Assembly: GCA_963796965.1 (NCBI GenBank)
Contig: CAWCNS010000007.1
Coordinates: 416,001 to 480,000 of the forward strand
Source of the DNA: Calditrichia bacterium
Lineage (GTDB): Bacteria; Calditrichota; Calditrichia; JAJRVZ01
Length of the DNA: 64,000 nucleotides
Reading direction: 5' to 3'
Shown here: positions 1-10,731 of the stretch, piece after piece
Layout: each line of letters begins with the position of its first letter
Position numbering within the stretch: the first letter of the stretch is position 1
Made by a program: the position numbers and the translations under genes
Notes under the pieces: generated by a model
What the model saw: the letters and a program-made list of their open reading frames with translations, nothing else
The model's database searches: none
What the model was told of the DNA's origin: nothing

Positions 1-196
1 CTTTATTTAATTCAGAGATTAATCATTTAGCCCTAAGATTAGTTACTATTCTAACTTTTACATACTCTTCTTTCTATATGAGTCAAAAACTACTAAATGT
101 GAATATTTTTAATAAAAGGATATTCTCGATAATTTCATGATTGAATATTCCTCAAGAGTTTTCAGATTTTTCTCTGAGCCCTCTGTGGTTCAATTT

Positions 197-1334
197 TTAC
201 AATTCTTCTGTTGCAAGTTCTGGTTCATTTAAAACACCGTTTGAATTTATTTTAGAGACTGAATCTCTTTCAATGAGTTTTGATTTCAGCACAATTTTCT
301 GTGGCTTTTGCGTACTTCCATTAATGCGCTTCATGACAAGTTTCATACTTTCCTGACCAATCTCATAAATTGGTTGATGAACAGTTGTAAGGGAAACCGT
401 ATGCCCACAGGTAGGTTGCAAATCATCGTAGCCAACCAGAGAAATATCATTCGGTATAGAAACATTCATCTCCTCAGCGACAGAATAGATAACATATGCA
501 ATACGGTCATATCCGGCAAAGATAGCGGTAACGCTGTTCTTTTGTTTTAACAATGTACGGGCATATTGCTCATAGGGCTTTTCTGCATATGGCCCGCTGA
601 ATATTTTTATTATTGTCGGATCAAGAGGAATATTATAGTCTTCTAATGCTTTTTTATAACCGGCAAACCGATCGCGTTCCGTACTAAAGCGATCACTGAG
701 TGTAATTGCAATTCGGGTATGATTATTTTGAATCAAATATTTTGTTAATTTGTAGGCACCATTAAAATTATCACTGGTAACCTGATCAATATTTTCACCT
801 CGTATACTGCGATCTGCTAAAACAACGGGTATCTGTTTATTAGTAAATTTCTCAACAATCTGGTGATTTTTATGATCTTCAGCCGCCGTTGGTACAAAGA
901 CGACACCGCTAACATTGTGTCCAATTAATCGGTCGGCATGATAGTCAGCTTTCACATACAGATCGTCCGTATTACATAAAATCAAACTATGGCCACTTTT
1001 TGAAGATTCATCTTCTGCTCCACGAGCCAGAACTGGCGCATAACCCGTGCGAATATCAGGCAATAGGATCCCAATTATGGTCCTCCTGCTCTCTTCAGCC
1101 TGAGGATGGAGAACAAAAGTTCCTAATCGTCTTTTTTCGGGTTAAATAGCCCATATTAACAAGATTTTGTATGGCTTGTCGGATAGTAGCCCGGGCCAGG
1201 CCTGTCATTTGGGCAATCTCAGCTTCGGTAGGAATTTTATCATCGGGTTTAAAAACACCCTGATCGATCTGTTCAATCAACCAGGTTTGCAATTGGAAAT
1301 ATTGAGGAATGGGGCTATTTCTATCAATTATCAC
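197..1334 (-). CDS. GntR-HTH + LacI-type sugar-binding domain transcriptional regulator (AraR-like), split by one probable sequencing frameshift near 1132-1137
   Basis: ORF 1095..1334 has the GntR wHTH (PQYFQLQ..IPTEAEIAQ..RATIRQAI). Removing one A from the A6 run gives TRKRRLGTFV...IGILLPDIRTGY, joining ORF 197..1063 (SDNFNGAY, DISLVGYDD, LTTVHQP). Confidence 0.85.
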
Positions 1335-1343
1335 GTCGTTATC

Positions 1344-1381
1344 TCTATATGTCTAATTGTATAGACAATTATACATATAGA
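1344..1381. promoter_or_regulatory. 38-bp imperfect palindrome with core AATTGTATAGACAATT, probable GntR-family operator (autoregulation)
   Basis: TCTATATGTCTAATTGTAT|AGACAATTATACATATAGA, with 17 of 19 positions complementary, 10 bp upstream of the GTG start. The TTGT-N4-ACAA core fits GntR/AraR/HutC-type boxes. Confidence 0.65.
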
Positions 1382-1460
1382 AATTAAAATTGTCAACAAT
1401 TTTTATTTGTTATGATTATTTTGGGAATAAGAGGCGATGATCTATAGAGCATAGATGATA

Positions 1461-1509
1461 TAGAGACGTCTTGCTGGTTGAACGCCCCGTTTTCGGTGAC
1501 CGTCTCTGC
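1461..1509. repeat. REP-like element, TAGAGACG...CGTCTCT family
   Basis: TAGAGACG and CGTCTCTG arms. It shares ATGATATAGAGACGTC with the copy near 48070 and is related to 52256-52285. Confidence 0.5.
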
Positions 1510-1565
1510 GTTTGAATAAGGGATATTTATTTAATAATTATATGAAATAAGCAGGTTAATTAAAT

Positions 1566-1940
1566 TCAAGTTGCTTTAATTAATTTTTTAAATGCTTCCT
1601 GCAATTTTTCACCCGTAAATGGTTTGATTACAATCCCTTTTGCACCCAGTTCAAATGCCTTGATACCGGTTTCTTTATCAGATAATGCTGTCACTACCAG
1701 AACTTTTGTATCCGGCTCTATCTTTAAAATCTCTTCAAGAACTCTCAATCCATCCAACTCGGGCATTGTGATGTCGAGGGTCACATAGGCCGCTTTCGTT
1801 TTTTTAAAGATATTTATAGCCTCCAGGCCATCTGCCGCAGAGCCAACAATCCTTATATTAAAATCGCTTAAATGTTTTTCGATTGTGCTTCTGATAATAG
1901 TCGAATCATCTACAACCATAAGTTGAATTTCATCTTTCAT
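1566..1940 (-). CDS. Single-domain CheY-like response regulator
   Basis: VVDDS, LDITMPELDG, VTAL and KPF receiver motifs with no output domain. ATG at 1940 follows a GAAGGGAG RBS. Confidence 0.9.
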   Translation of the reverse strand: MKDEIQLMVVDDSTIIRSTIEKHLSDFNIRIVGSAADGLEAINIFKKTKAAYVTLDITMPELDGLRVLEEILKIEPDTKVLVVTALSDKETGIKAFELGAKGIVIKPFTGEKLQEAFKKLIKAT

Positions 1941-2009
1941 GATGGCTCCCTTCAATCTATACATTGGTTATATATACACTATCCAGATACTTTCAATCCA
2001 CATGATTTT

Positions 2010-5000
2010 CTATTTCAATGGCAGATCTATTTTAAATATACAATATTTTCCCGCTAATGAGTCTATTTTAATATGCCCCTTGTGCTGATTAACTTTTTGT
2101 TTTATAATATCCATTCCTACCCCGCGACCAGAAGCCAGATCTATATTACTGGTGGTGGAAATACCAGGAAGGAAGATAAGGTCCCTCACCTGATCTTCAC
2201 TCATCTTGTCGATTTCCTCAGATTTGAATTTACCAGAATCTATTACCGATTTTTTTAATTTGCTTATCTGAATACCCTGACCATCATCCTTTACAGTAAT
2301 TTCAAGTTTCTGATCTTTGATTGCTGTTGATATTTGAATTTTCCCCTTTGCATCTTTTTTTAATTTTTTGCGATCCTCAGGCATTTCAATACCATGAGAG
2401 ACGGCATTACGTACAAGTTGAATCAGGAGATCTTTTACTAATATTCGATAATTATATGGGATATCGTTACCGGAAAATCCTGAATGATACAATCCGACAT
2501 CCTTTAATGCATCTTTGCTTATATGATCGACTAAATTCTTTATGGAACGAATAAGTAACTCATCTTCAAATTTTCTTTTTGGACGAAACTGATCATGAAT
2601 TCGACTCATTCTTTCAATAAGGTCATTTACTTCTTTTAAGGTATGTTTGATATAACTCAATTTCATTACAAGAGGAATGAAATCTGAGCCGCTGATTTCA
2701 GATTTTCCCTGTATTTCTGTTATTTTGTCTTCAAATTCATGGGCAATATTGGCAAAAAATTTCAGATCAAGTAAGCTCGCATTTCCTTTGATCATATGCA
2801 TAGATCTATAAACATTTTGTAGTATTTCTTGATAATTTTTTACGCTTTCATCCACCTTGAGTTCGGTTTTTACATTATGAATTTCATTTTCTACACTGAC
2901 AATAAACTCTTGCAGCATGGCGGGCTCTACATGCAATATACTTAGAAGTAATTCCATCTGTTTATTAGTTTGCTTTTCAGATGCCTCCAATTTTTCAGCC
3001 AGTTTTACCTGCTCTGTAATATCCTGAACGGTTGTAAACAAATTTACTTTTTTATCTGTGCCAAGGATCCTTCTAAACTTGAAATCGAGATACTTTGAGC
3101 TGGACCATGTATTGCCATTTTCATTAAAGTTCATTTCAATTTTTGACAGGGGATTTAGGTCGGTGAGAGTCACTTCATCAATATTATTTTCAATCATTAA
3201 ATTAAGGTATCTTTCAACAGTGGAAATATCTTTTTTCGATATTTTATCTTCAAGCATCTTTGTAAATTTTTTATGAGCCAGTTCTTCATCATTCATTATA
3301 TTTTCCAAAACCGACGAATATTGAGAACCTATCTCAAAATCTTCATTCAGGATGAAGAGACCCTCTTCTACATTTTCCATGATATTTTCGGATTCTTTAT
3401 ACTTTTCTTTTAGTTCCTCCGTTTTTTCATTAACTAATATTTCCAGTTTTTCATTTTGTCGACGCATACTGTTTATTCTAACACGATAGATAAAAAATAT
3501 TAGAGAAGCCGTTATGACGATCGATAAAAGCCTAAACCAAAGTGTTTCCCAAAATGGGGGATTTATAATAATTTGAATAGATGCTCCCTCATTATTCCAA
3601 ATACCATCATTGTTTGAACCGCGCACACGAAATATATATTTTCCCCCGTCAAGATTGGTATAACTGGCAAATTTTCTGTTCCCACTTGTAATCCACTCCG
3701 TATCAAAACCTTCTAATTTATAAGCATATTGGTTTTTTTCAGGGAATGTGAAATCAAGTGCAGCAAATTCAAATGAAAAGAAGTTCTCCTTGTAGGAAAG
3801 ATCAAGGCGATTTATTTCTGTAATGGATGTATCAAGTACAACTTTTTTATTAAACTTTTTAAACGCAGTTAATACAACAGGAGGGATATGGGGATTACTC
3901 TTTATTTTGTTGGGATCAAACGTATTAAATCCATTTTTACCTCCAAAGAGGATTTCTCCATTTTTACTCTTGAAATAGGCGCCTGGATTAAATTCATTGC
4001 CTTGGAGGCCATCATTAACATCATAGTTTAAAAACGTTTCATCAGTAGGATTAAATTTGGATAGTCCTTTATTTGTACTTAACCAAAGATTTCCTTGATC
4101 GTCATTAACGATGCCGTATACAACATTGTTAGGTAGCCCATCATCTACCGTATAATGCTCAAATTGTTCACTATTTTTATTAAATTTATTTAACCCGCTA
4201 TTGGTGCCTAACCATAAAATGCCCTTCTCATCTTCATAAATTGACCAGACGCGGTTGTCACTAAGACAATTTGGATCGTTTGGGTCATTTTTATAATGAA
4301 TAAATTGATTCTTTTCAGAGTCATATTTGTTTAATCCAATATAGGTTCCTATCCAAAGAGTATTATCTTTGTCTTCAAGAATTGATATTATTCGATTATT
4401 ACTTAAACTTTTAGGATCATCCGGGTTATGATAAAAATGAATGAATTTGGATGTGGGGCTGAGATTATCATCAATTACCAATTTATCTAATCCATTGTAG
4501 GTTCCTAACCAAAGATCGCCTTTATTATCAACTTGAAGCGCTACGACTATATCATCACTAATACCATCAGGATTTGAAGGATCATAAGAAAAATGGATAA
4601 AACTACGTGCCTTTTTATTAAAACAATCCAAGCCACCGGATTTGAATCCCAACCAAAGATTTTTATTATGATCCTCCGTAATCGCCCATACACGATCATT
4701 GCCCAGACTTTTTTGATTATCAGGATCATGAAGATAGTGCGAGAATCTACCGGACTCTATATTTTGTCTATTAAGTCCCCCTTCTGTACCAATCCAAAGT
4801 TCTCCAGAATTGTCCTGGTATATTGCATATACCTCATTATTTGAAAGACTAAACGGATCTTCCGAATCATATTTATAGCTTCTGAATTTCTTCTTATTTA
4901 AATTTACTTTATTGAGTCCCCCACCCTTGGTACCCACCCAGATAAGACCGGAATTATCTTCGAAAATTGGTTGAACACGATCATCACTAAGACTATTTGG

Positions 5001-6060
5001 ATCATTAGAATCAAATTTATAAGATCTGAATTTGCCAGATTTTTTATCCAGAACATTGACTCCCCCACCTTTTGTCCCGATCCAAATATTACCCGATTTA
5101 TCCTCAATTAGTGACTTAATTTCATTTGAACTCAAGTCTCTTCGGGTTACGCTCATCATGCAAATATCGAATAAATTGTTTATTCGCGGGATTATATTTA
5201 TTCAATCCCTCAGCTGTGCCTATCCAAAACTGATTTGAATTATCTTCATATATAATGTTAATTTCATCATGAGATAAACTGGAAGGTTTATCCGGGTCGT
5301 TCTTAAAATGGCTAAAGTTATTTTTTTCATGATCGAACGCATTGATTCCCCCGCCCTTCGTTCCAATCCACAAAGTACCTGCATTATCTTCATATATACA
5401 AGAAATCTTATTATTACTTAGACTATTTTCATCTCCTGGTATGGCGTGATAGCGGATAAAGACTGAAGAAGTATTCTCAATCTTATTAAGTCCATCGTCT
5501 GTACCGACCCACATCACCCCATTTTGGTCCGCATAAAGTGAGCGTACCCGATTTTCACTGAGACTTGTTGGATCAGAAGGATCATGGAGATATCGTTGAA
5601 AATGATCACTTACGCGATCATATTTATTCAGCCCATTAAAGGTTCCAATCCAAATTGTACCGGATCTATCTTCAATAATGGAATAGATATGGTTATCAGA
5701 CAGAGATGTTGAATCAAAAGGATCGCTCTTGTAATGGACAAAACTGTAACCATCATATTTATTTAATCCATCCTTTGTTCCGAACCATAGATATCCTTGG
5801 CTGTCCTGTAGAATCGCATATATAGAACCTTCTGATAATCCCTGCTCCGTCGAGATACGTTCAAAACTGATTTCGTCTATTTGTGCTTGAACCCAGGATA
5901 ATTGTGATAGGAGAAAAATAAATAGATAACCAAAAAAATGATGATAACCTGTTCCTGCAGATTTATTTAAAAAAATAGAATCCCTATTATAGTTTCTGTG
6001 ATTGCTATATCCGATCGATCCAAATAACTTCAATCCCTTGGATTTTTTCCAGGTCCGCAT
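2010..6060 (-). CDS. Membrane sensor kinase: Reg_prop beta-propellers + Y_Y_Y + TM + PAS-like + Hpt + CheA-type HATPase; one probable frameshift near 5136-5142
   Basis: Many WIGT..GL repeats; YAYKLEGFD..YTNLDGGKY (YYY); PPFWETLWF TM; YRSMHMIKGNAS (Hpt); QLVRNAVSHGIE, DDGQG, FLPGIST and SGRGVGMD (CheA-like ATP lid). ORFs 5122..6060 and 2010..5159 join as RNPKSLSSNEI. Confidence 0.85.
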
Positions 6061-6232
6061 TTTCTTGATCCTTTTGGATAAGATTTGTGCTATTATTTGT
6101 ACTGGTATTAAAGATATATTCGGCAGAAATAAGAAGGATTTAAGATATATTAAAAATTCAATATAATAAACAGTGAGAATTAGAGGTTTATAACAAAATT
6201 TAAAATCCCCTCCTCAAAATAAATCATGGGTA

Positions 6233-6286
6233 AGAAAAAATATCTCCAGAGACAATATCATTTTAAATAGATGTCTCTGGAGGTAT
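6233..6286 (-). terminator. Probable intrinsic terminator of the NIPSNAP gene
   Basis: 14-bp stem TATCTCCAGAGACA/TGTCTCTGGAGGTA followed on the minus strand by a U run, just after the stop at 6298. Confidence 0.6.
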
Positions 6287-6297
6287 TTAGCAGTATT

Positions 6298-7095
6298 CTA
6301 AATTTGAGAGAAAGAAGCAGGCTTCAATATAATATCTGTAATATTTGAAACGGTATCTTTATATTGTGCATCTGCCTTAAGCTTTTTCCATTCCGGGCTA
6401 TTGCTAAATGCGCCCCATGCTTCTTTTCTCGTATCCATATTCTCAAATACAACCATATAGGTCAGATTTGGCATTTTTGGTCCAATAACGGTCTCACCAA
6501 AAAATACAGGCTGTAAACCTTTTTTACGAAAGAGATCGATTTCTCCGCCTTCATTAAACATTTGGATTTTCTTTTTTGCGTATTTCTGACTATGACTCTC
6601 ATAAATTCTTAATTCATACATCCGTGATTTATCCATCAGATTGACAGGCTTTTCAACTTTTGGCATATCCTTAAAAGCAACCATCAAGGATTTTTCCATT
6701 CTTACATAGGCCGCATCTGATAATGGCATGTTTAAAAAATCTTTTCCCGAAGAAAGATATTCCTTATCCCCCATCAATTTTGCAGGTGTATCCAAAACCG
6801 AGGATAGAGTGGGATGCGGTATTAGGACATATAGGTTGGGATCATTTGGTCCATGGGTAACGGTAAAAACACCGATGCGATCAAGCCCACAGCGATTCAG
6901 AGCAGGAATCGCCACATCACGATAAAAGTTACTGACAAGATTCTTTTTCTCACCTACATGCAGATGATACTTTATTAACTCAAGATATTCCCTCTTGTCA
7001 TTAGAATCTGGCACATTTAACGATCCGGCTGCCATGGATGAGAGAGGCACGATACCCAATGCTCCGGCTGTTTTTACAAAATTTCGTCTTTTCAT
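6298..7095 (-). CDS. Tat-exported double-NIPSNAP family protein
   Basis: MKRRNFVK twin-arginine leader; YELRIYESH, PVFFGET..GPKMPNLTYM and WGAF..SPEWKKL NIPSNAP-type motifs. Confidence 0.8.
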   Translation of the reverse strand: MKRRNFVKTAGALGIVPLSSMAAGSLNVPDSNDKREYLELIKYHLHVGEKKNLVSNFYRDVAIPALNRCGLDRIGVFTVTHGPNDPNLYVLIPHPTLSSVLDTPAKLMGDKEYLSSGKDFLNMPLSDAAYVRMEKSLMVAFKDMPKVEKPVNLMDKSRMYELRIYESHSQKYAKKKIQMFNEGGEIDLFRKKGLQPVFFGETVIGPKMPNLTYMVVFENMDTRKEAWGAFSNSPEWKKLKADAQYKDTVSNITDIILKPASFSQI

Positions 7096-7128
7096 TCTAT
7101 ATCCTTTCAGAGGTTATTCACGATTTTG

Positions 7129-7645
7129 TCCACTAATTAGACGAATTACTACGAATTTCACGAATTTTATTATAGATGATACGATAATATAATTTAGAGC
7201 AACTCTAATCGTCTATTACCCTTCAATTTTATTATTTCTTTGTCTATTTTCCAAAACAGAACAACAACCTCGTAGAGGTTCTATTATTGTAGATAAATAA
7301 TAGAACCAATAATGCATATTCCTCGTAGAGGATTAAATGTTTTGGATGGTTAGAACGCGTATAAAAATATTTATTAAATACGAATTGATTTTTATTATTA
7401 TAAATTTGCTGTTCACATCAATAATGCATCCTCTACAAGGATGAATCAACTAATTGTTTATACTACAATAATTTAGCCTCTACAAGAATAAATTATGGGA
7501 TATCTTGTATTATTTCACTTTAACAATAAATTATGTTTAATTAGGGCTGCCCGTATTTAAACTTAAATTAAGTAAATATTAAGTTAGAATAATCTTTTCT
7601 AAAACTTTATCTGTGAAATTCTTAAAAATCAGTTTGATTCGTGGA
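7129..7645. repeat. Inverted arms of ~9-bp periodic repeats (CACGAATTW) at 7129-7168 and 7609-7645
   Basis: Left arm tccactaatta-gacgaatta-ctacgaattt-cacgaattt; degenerate complement ending gattcgtgga on the right. Confidence 0.55.
7266..7486. repeat. REPIN-like inverted element made of four CCTCGTAGAGG / CCTCTACAAG units
   Basis: CCTCGTAGAGG at 7268 and 7321; CCTCTACAAG at 7430 and 7477; TATTATTGTAG pairs with CTACAATAAT. Confidence 0.6.
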
Positions 7646-7652
7646 TATTTTT

Positions 7653-10485
7653 TTAATCTGCCATATAAGATCGATGGAGTAGATCTATTGGGTGAACGGT
7701 TTTGATACCTGTGCCCTTTAGCAACTGAATTTGGCAGGTGCCGCATCCGGAAACAAGTAATTCCGGTTTGGCTTCTTCGATCTGCACAAATAAGGATTTG
7801 CCTATATCCATAGAAAGTTCATAATTTTCTTTTTTCATTCCATAGGTACCGGCAATACCACAACAGACTGTCTTCCACATCGATAAGTTCTAATTCAGGA
7901 ATCAATTTAAGTAAATCTGTCGGGCCATATTCATTTTGCTGCGATTTTAAATGACAGGGTTCATGGTAGATAATTTGCATAGGTAATGGAGAAAATTCAT
8001 TTTTGAACTCCCCCCTCAGATATGATTGCATCAAAAAATCATGAACATCATGGGAGGAAGCGGCAATTTTTTTGATTATGCCATCTTCCGGAAAGTAATT
8101 TTCATATTCATCTTTAAAGGCATACCCACATGAAGCACTGGTAAAGAGTATGGGAATATTTTGTTCCGCAAAAGGCAGCAATGTCTCTTTGTTATACAAT
8201 AAATCATTTTCAATAGCTGAAAAATTACCATAAGTTATCTTGGCGATATTGCAACACTTCCACTTTGGTACAATAACACGATAACCTATTTCTTCTAAAA
8301 AGGCGACACTTTTTTGATGTTCACCAAGAGGATCATTATACTGGGCGGCGCATCCACTCCATAATACAACTGCTTTGTGAGGGTCAATTTTTCCTCCAGT
8401 GAGTGGACTCTTATGTATATGTGAACGCTTGAAAATAGGAAAATCGCGCCGTTTGTCAATTCCTGAGACCTTATCCATTACGTATCGGGTGCCCTTGAAC
8501 TTTAATGCTGCATTGGTTAATGGCGCTGTGGAGGCGGCAATCTTGCTGACAAATTGACCATTCTGCAACATTATTTCATTAAGTTTATAAGGTTTTTTCT
8601 CATGCAATTTTTCCTTTGCAAGAACAGCCATGCCCGGAATATCTACGGCCGTTGGGCAATCAGTGAGACATTGTCCACAATTAAGACAATAGTCCATTAT
8701 CTTGAAAAAATGATCTGAATCAATCTCATTCTGATTAATTTTACCTGATATCAATCCACGAAGTATATTCAGCTTTTGCTCTTGCAGTAGCCTCTTCTTC
8801 TCCGGTTGCTTTGAAAACGGGACAATATTCACGACACGTGCCACATCCATGACATTTCTCTATCTCTAAGCGCCATTTTTCCTGATCCAACCGCGAGTTG
8901 ATATCAACATACTGTATTCGCCATTATAGCGTAGATTATCCGTCCATTTCGAATCATCGACCGGTACAATGATTCCGGGATTCATCAGACCTGCAGGATC
9001 AAAAAGATCTTTGATTTCCTTGAAAAGGGGTACCAAATCAGGAAATTGTTTAGACAAGAATGGTGTTCGGAGACGACCATCACCGTGCTCACCGGTCAAA
9101 GTCCCTTCATATTTGTTAACCAGATCAACAAAATCTTCAGTTAAGGCTTCAATTTGCTGAATTTTTCCTGGTTCCTTCAAATCTACAAGGGGACGAATAT
9201 GTGAATTCCCATCTCCGGCATGCCCGAGGACCACATAGCGTTGATTATATTTTTCAAATAATTTTGATACGTCCTGTAAGAAATCCGGAAATTTTTCAGG
9301 ATGGATGGCTGAGTCCTCAATGAATGAAATCGGTTTATACTTCCCTGGTATTTTATTTAATACGCCTACCCCAACTTTTCTTAACCTGAAAATACGATCG
9401 ATTTCAGACGCGTCAGTGGACGAAGCACCCATTTCTCCAAGTTTTTGCTGGTGAATAATCTCATTTTCAGCATTTCTTAAAGACTTCTTTATTTCTGCCT
9501 CAGAATCAGATTCAAATTCAACATAGAGTAAATAATTTACATCTTCTGGTAAAAATTCTCGCAATTCAGGTTTAAATGATGAAGCAAGTTGTATAAATGT
9601 TTTATCTACAAACTCGAGAGCAGATGGCTTCATTTTTCTTAGCATCTGTACGGCTTTTCCCATATTCTGCAATTCAGAAAAATACAGAGAGATCATTCCC
9701 CGATGCTGCATTTTGGGAATTAATTTCAGAACAGCCTCGGTAAAGACACCAAGGGTCCCCTCGCTCCCAACCATAAATGAGGCCATATTTAAATATTCAG
9801 GTGTGAGTATATCCCAGACCTGATACCCGGTGGCACTTTTTGTGACCTTTGGGCGGTTTTTCTCTATGGCCGGTTGATATGACTTAAGCAGTTGGTGTAT
9901 TTTCTCATAATAAGGCCTGTGAAAGTCATCGAGTAAACCTATTTCATCCAATTTAATGTTTTTTGCCTGGAATCGTCTTCCATCAGCAAGTAGTAGGGTC
10001 ACTTCGTCCACATGTTTATACATATTACCATGCAATAGCGTGTGGGGTCCGCCACTATTATTCCCCAACATTCCTCCGATGACACAGACATTTCCACTAC
10101 TTGGATCTGGTGCAAATATTAAATCTGACTTTTTTAATTCTGACTGCAGATCATTAAGAATAACGCCAACATCTACCCTGGCCTGCTTATCAGAAAGAAT
10201 TTCAATCTTTTTAAAATGTTTAGTCAGATCAAGAATAACTGCTTTACCAACAGAACTTCCCGTTAAGCCTGAACCACCGCCTCGCGGAAGGACCGGCACA
10301 TTATAGTGATGGCAAATTTCAAGGGTGGATCTTATATCTTCTTCAGATTCCGGAATCACAACTGCAAGAGGTGTGATTTCATAAATACAGGCAGCTGTGC
10401 TGTATATTTGAAGAGTAACCGGATCCCAGCGTACTTGTTCACCCAGTTTTGTTTTTAAGGCTTCCTGCCATTTCTCCATGTGCAA
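7653..10485 (-). CDS. FAD-binding oxidase / 4Fe-4S / CCG-domain fusion (GlcD-GlcF, YdiJ or D-lactate dehydrogenase-like); three probable frameshifts (~8912, ~8771, ~7867)
   Basis: PRGGGSGLTG, GSEGTLG, GHAGDGNSHIRP and GEHGDG (FAD_4/FAD-oxidase_C); EKCHGCGTCREYCP in an alternate frame; CLNCGQCLTDCP; CC/HEPCH/CCG/GCGTC CCG domains. Confidence 0.85.
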
Positions 10486-10599
10486 ACTATCTCCTTGTGC
10501 TATTTTTTATCTCACCCAGCGACGCTCCGCTCACTTAAATAATAAATCTATCTTTGTTAACTGAGTGACTTCCATGTGTGTTTTGTGTCTATTTTATTC

Positions 10600-10726
10600 C
10601 TCGCGCAAAGACGCAAAGCCGGCAGGATTTTATTATATTAACTTCTAAAAAGATATAATATAAAAATTTTTTATTGTTAGTCCACTTTTTAAAATACTAA
10701 CCTTTCGTCTTAGCGTCTTTGCGAGA
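10600..10726. repeat. Inverted ~8-bp periodic repeat element (CGCAAAGA family)
   Basis: ctcgcgcaaagacgcaaagccggcagg ... ctttcgtcttagcgtctttgcgaga around an AT-rich spacer. Confidence 0.6.
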
Positions 10727-10731
10727 ATTGA

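Noticed and set aside
1095..1140. Programmed ribosomal frameshift at A-AAA-AAG in the GntR gene
   Set aside because: Joining the domains needs removal of one base, not a -1 slip, and similar indels occur throughout the window.
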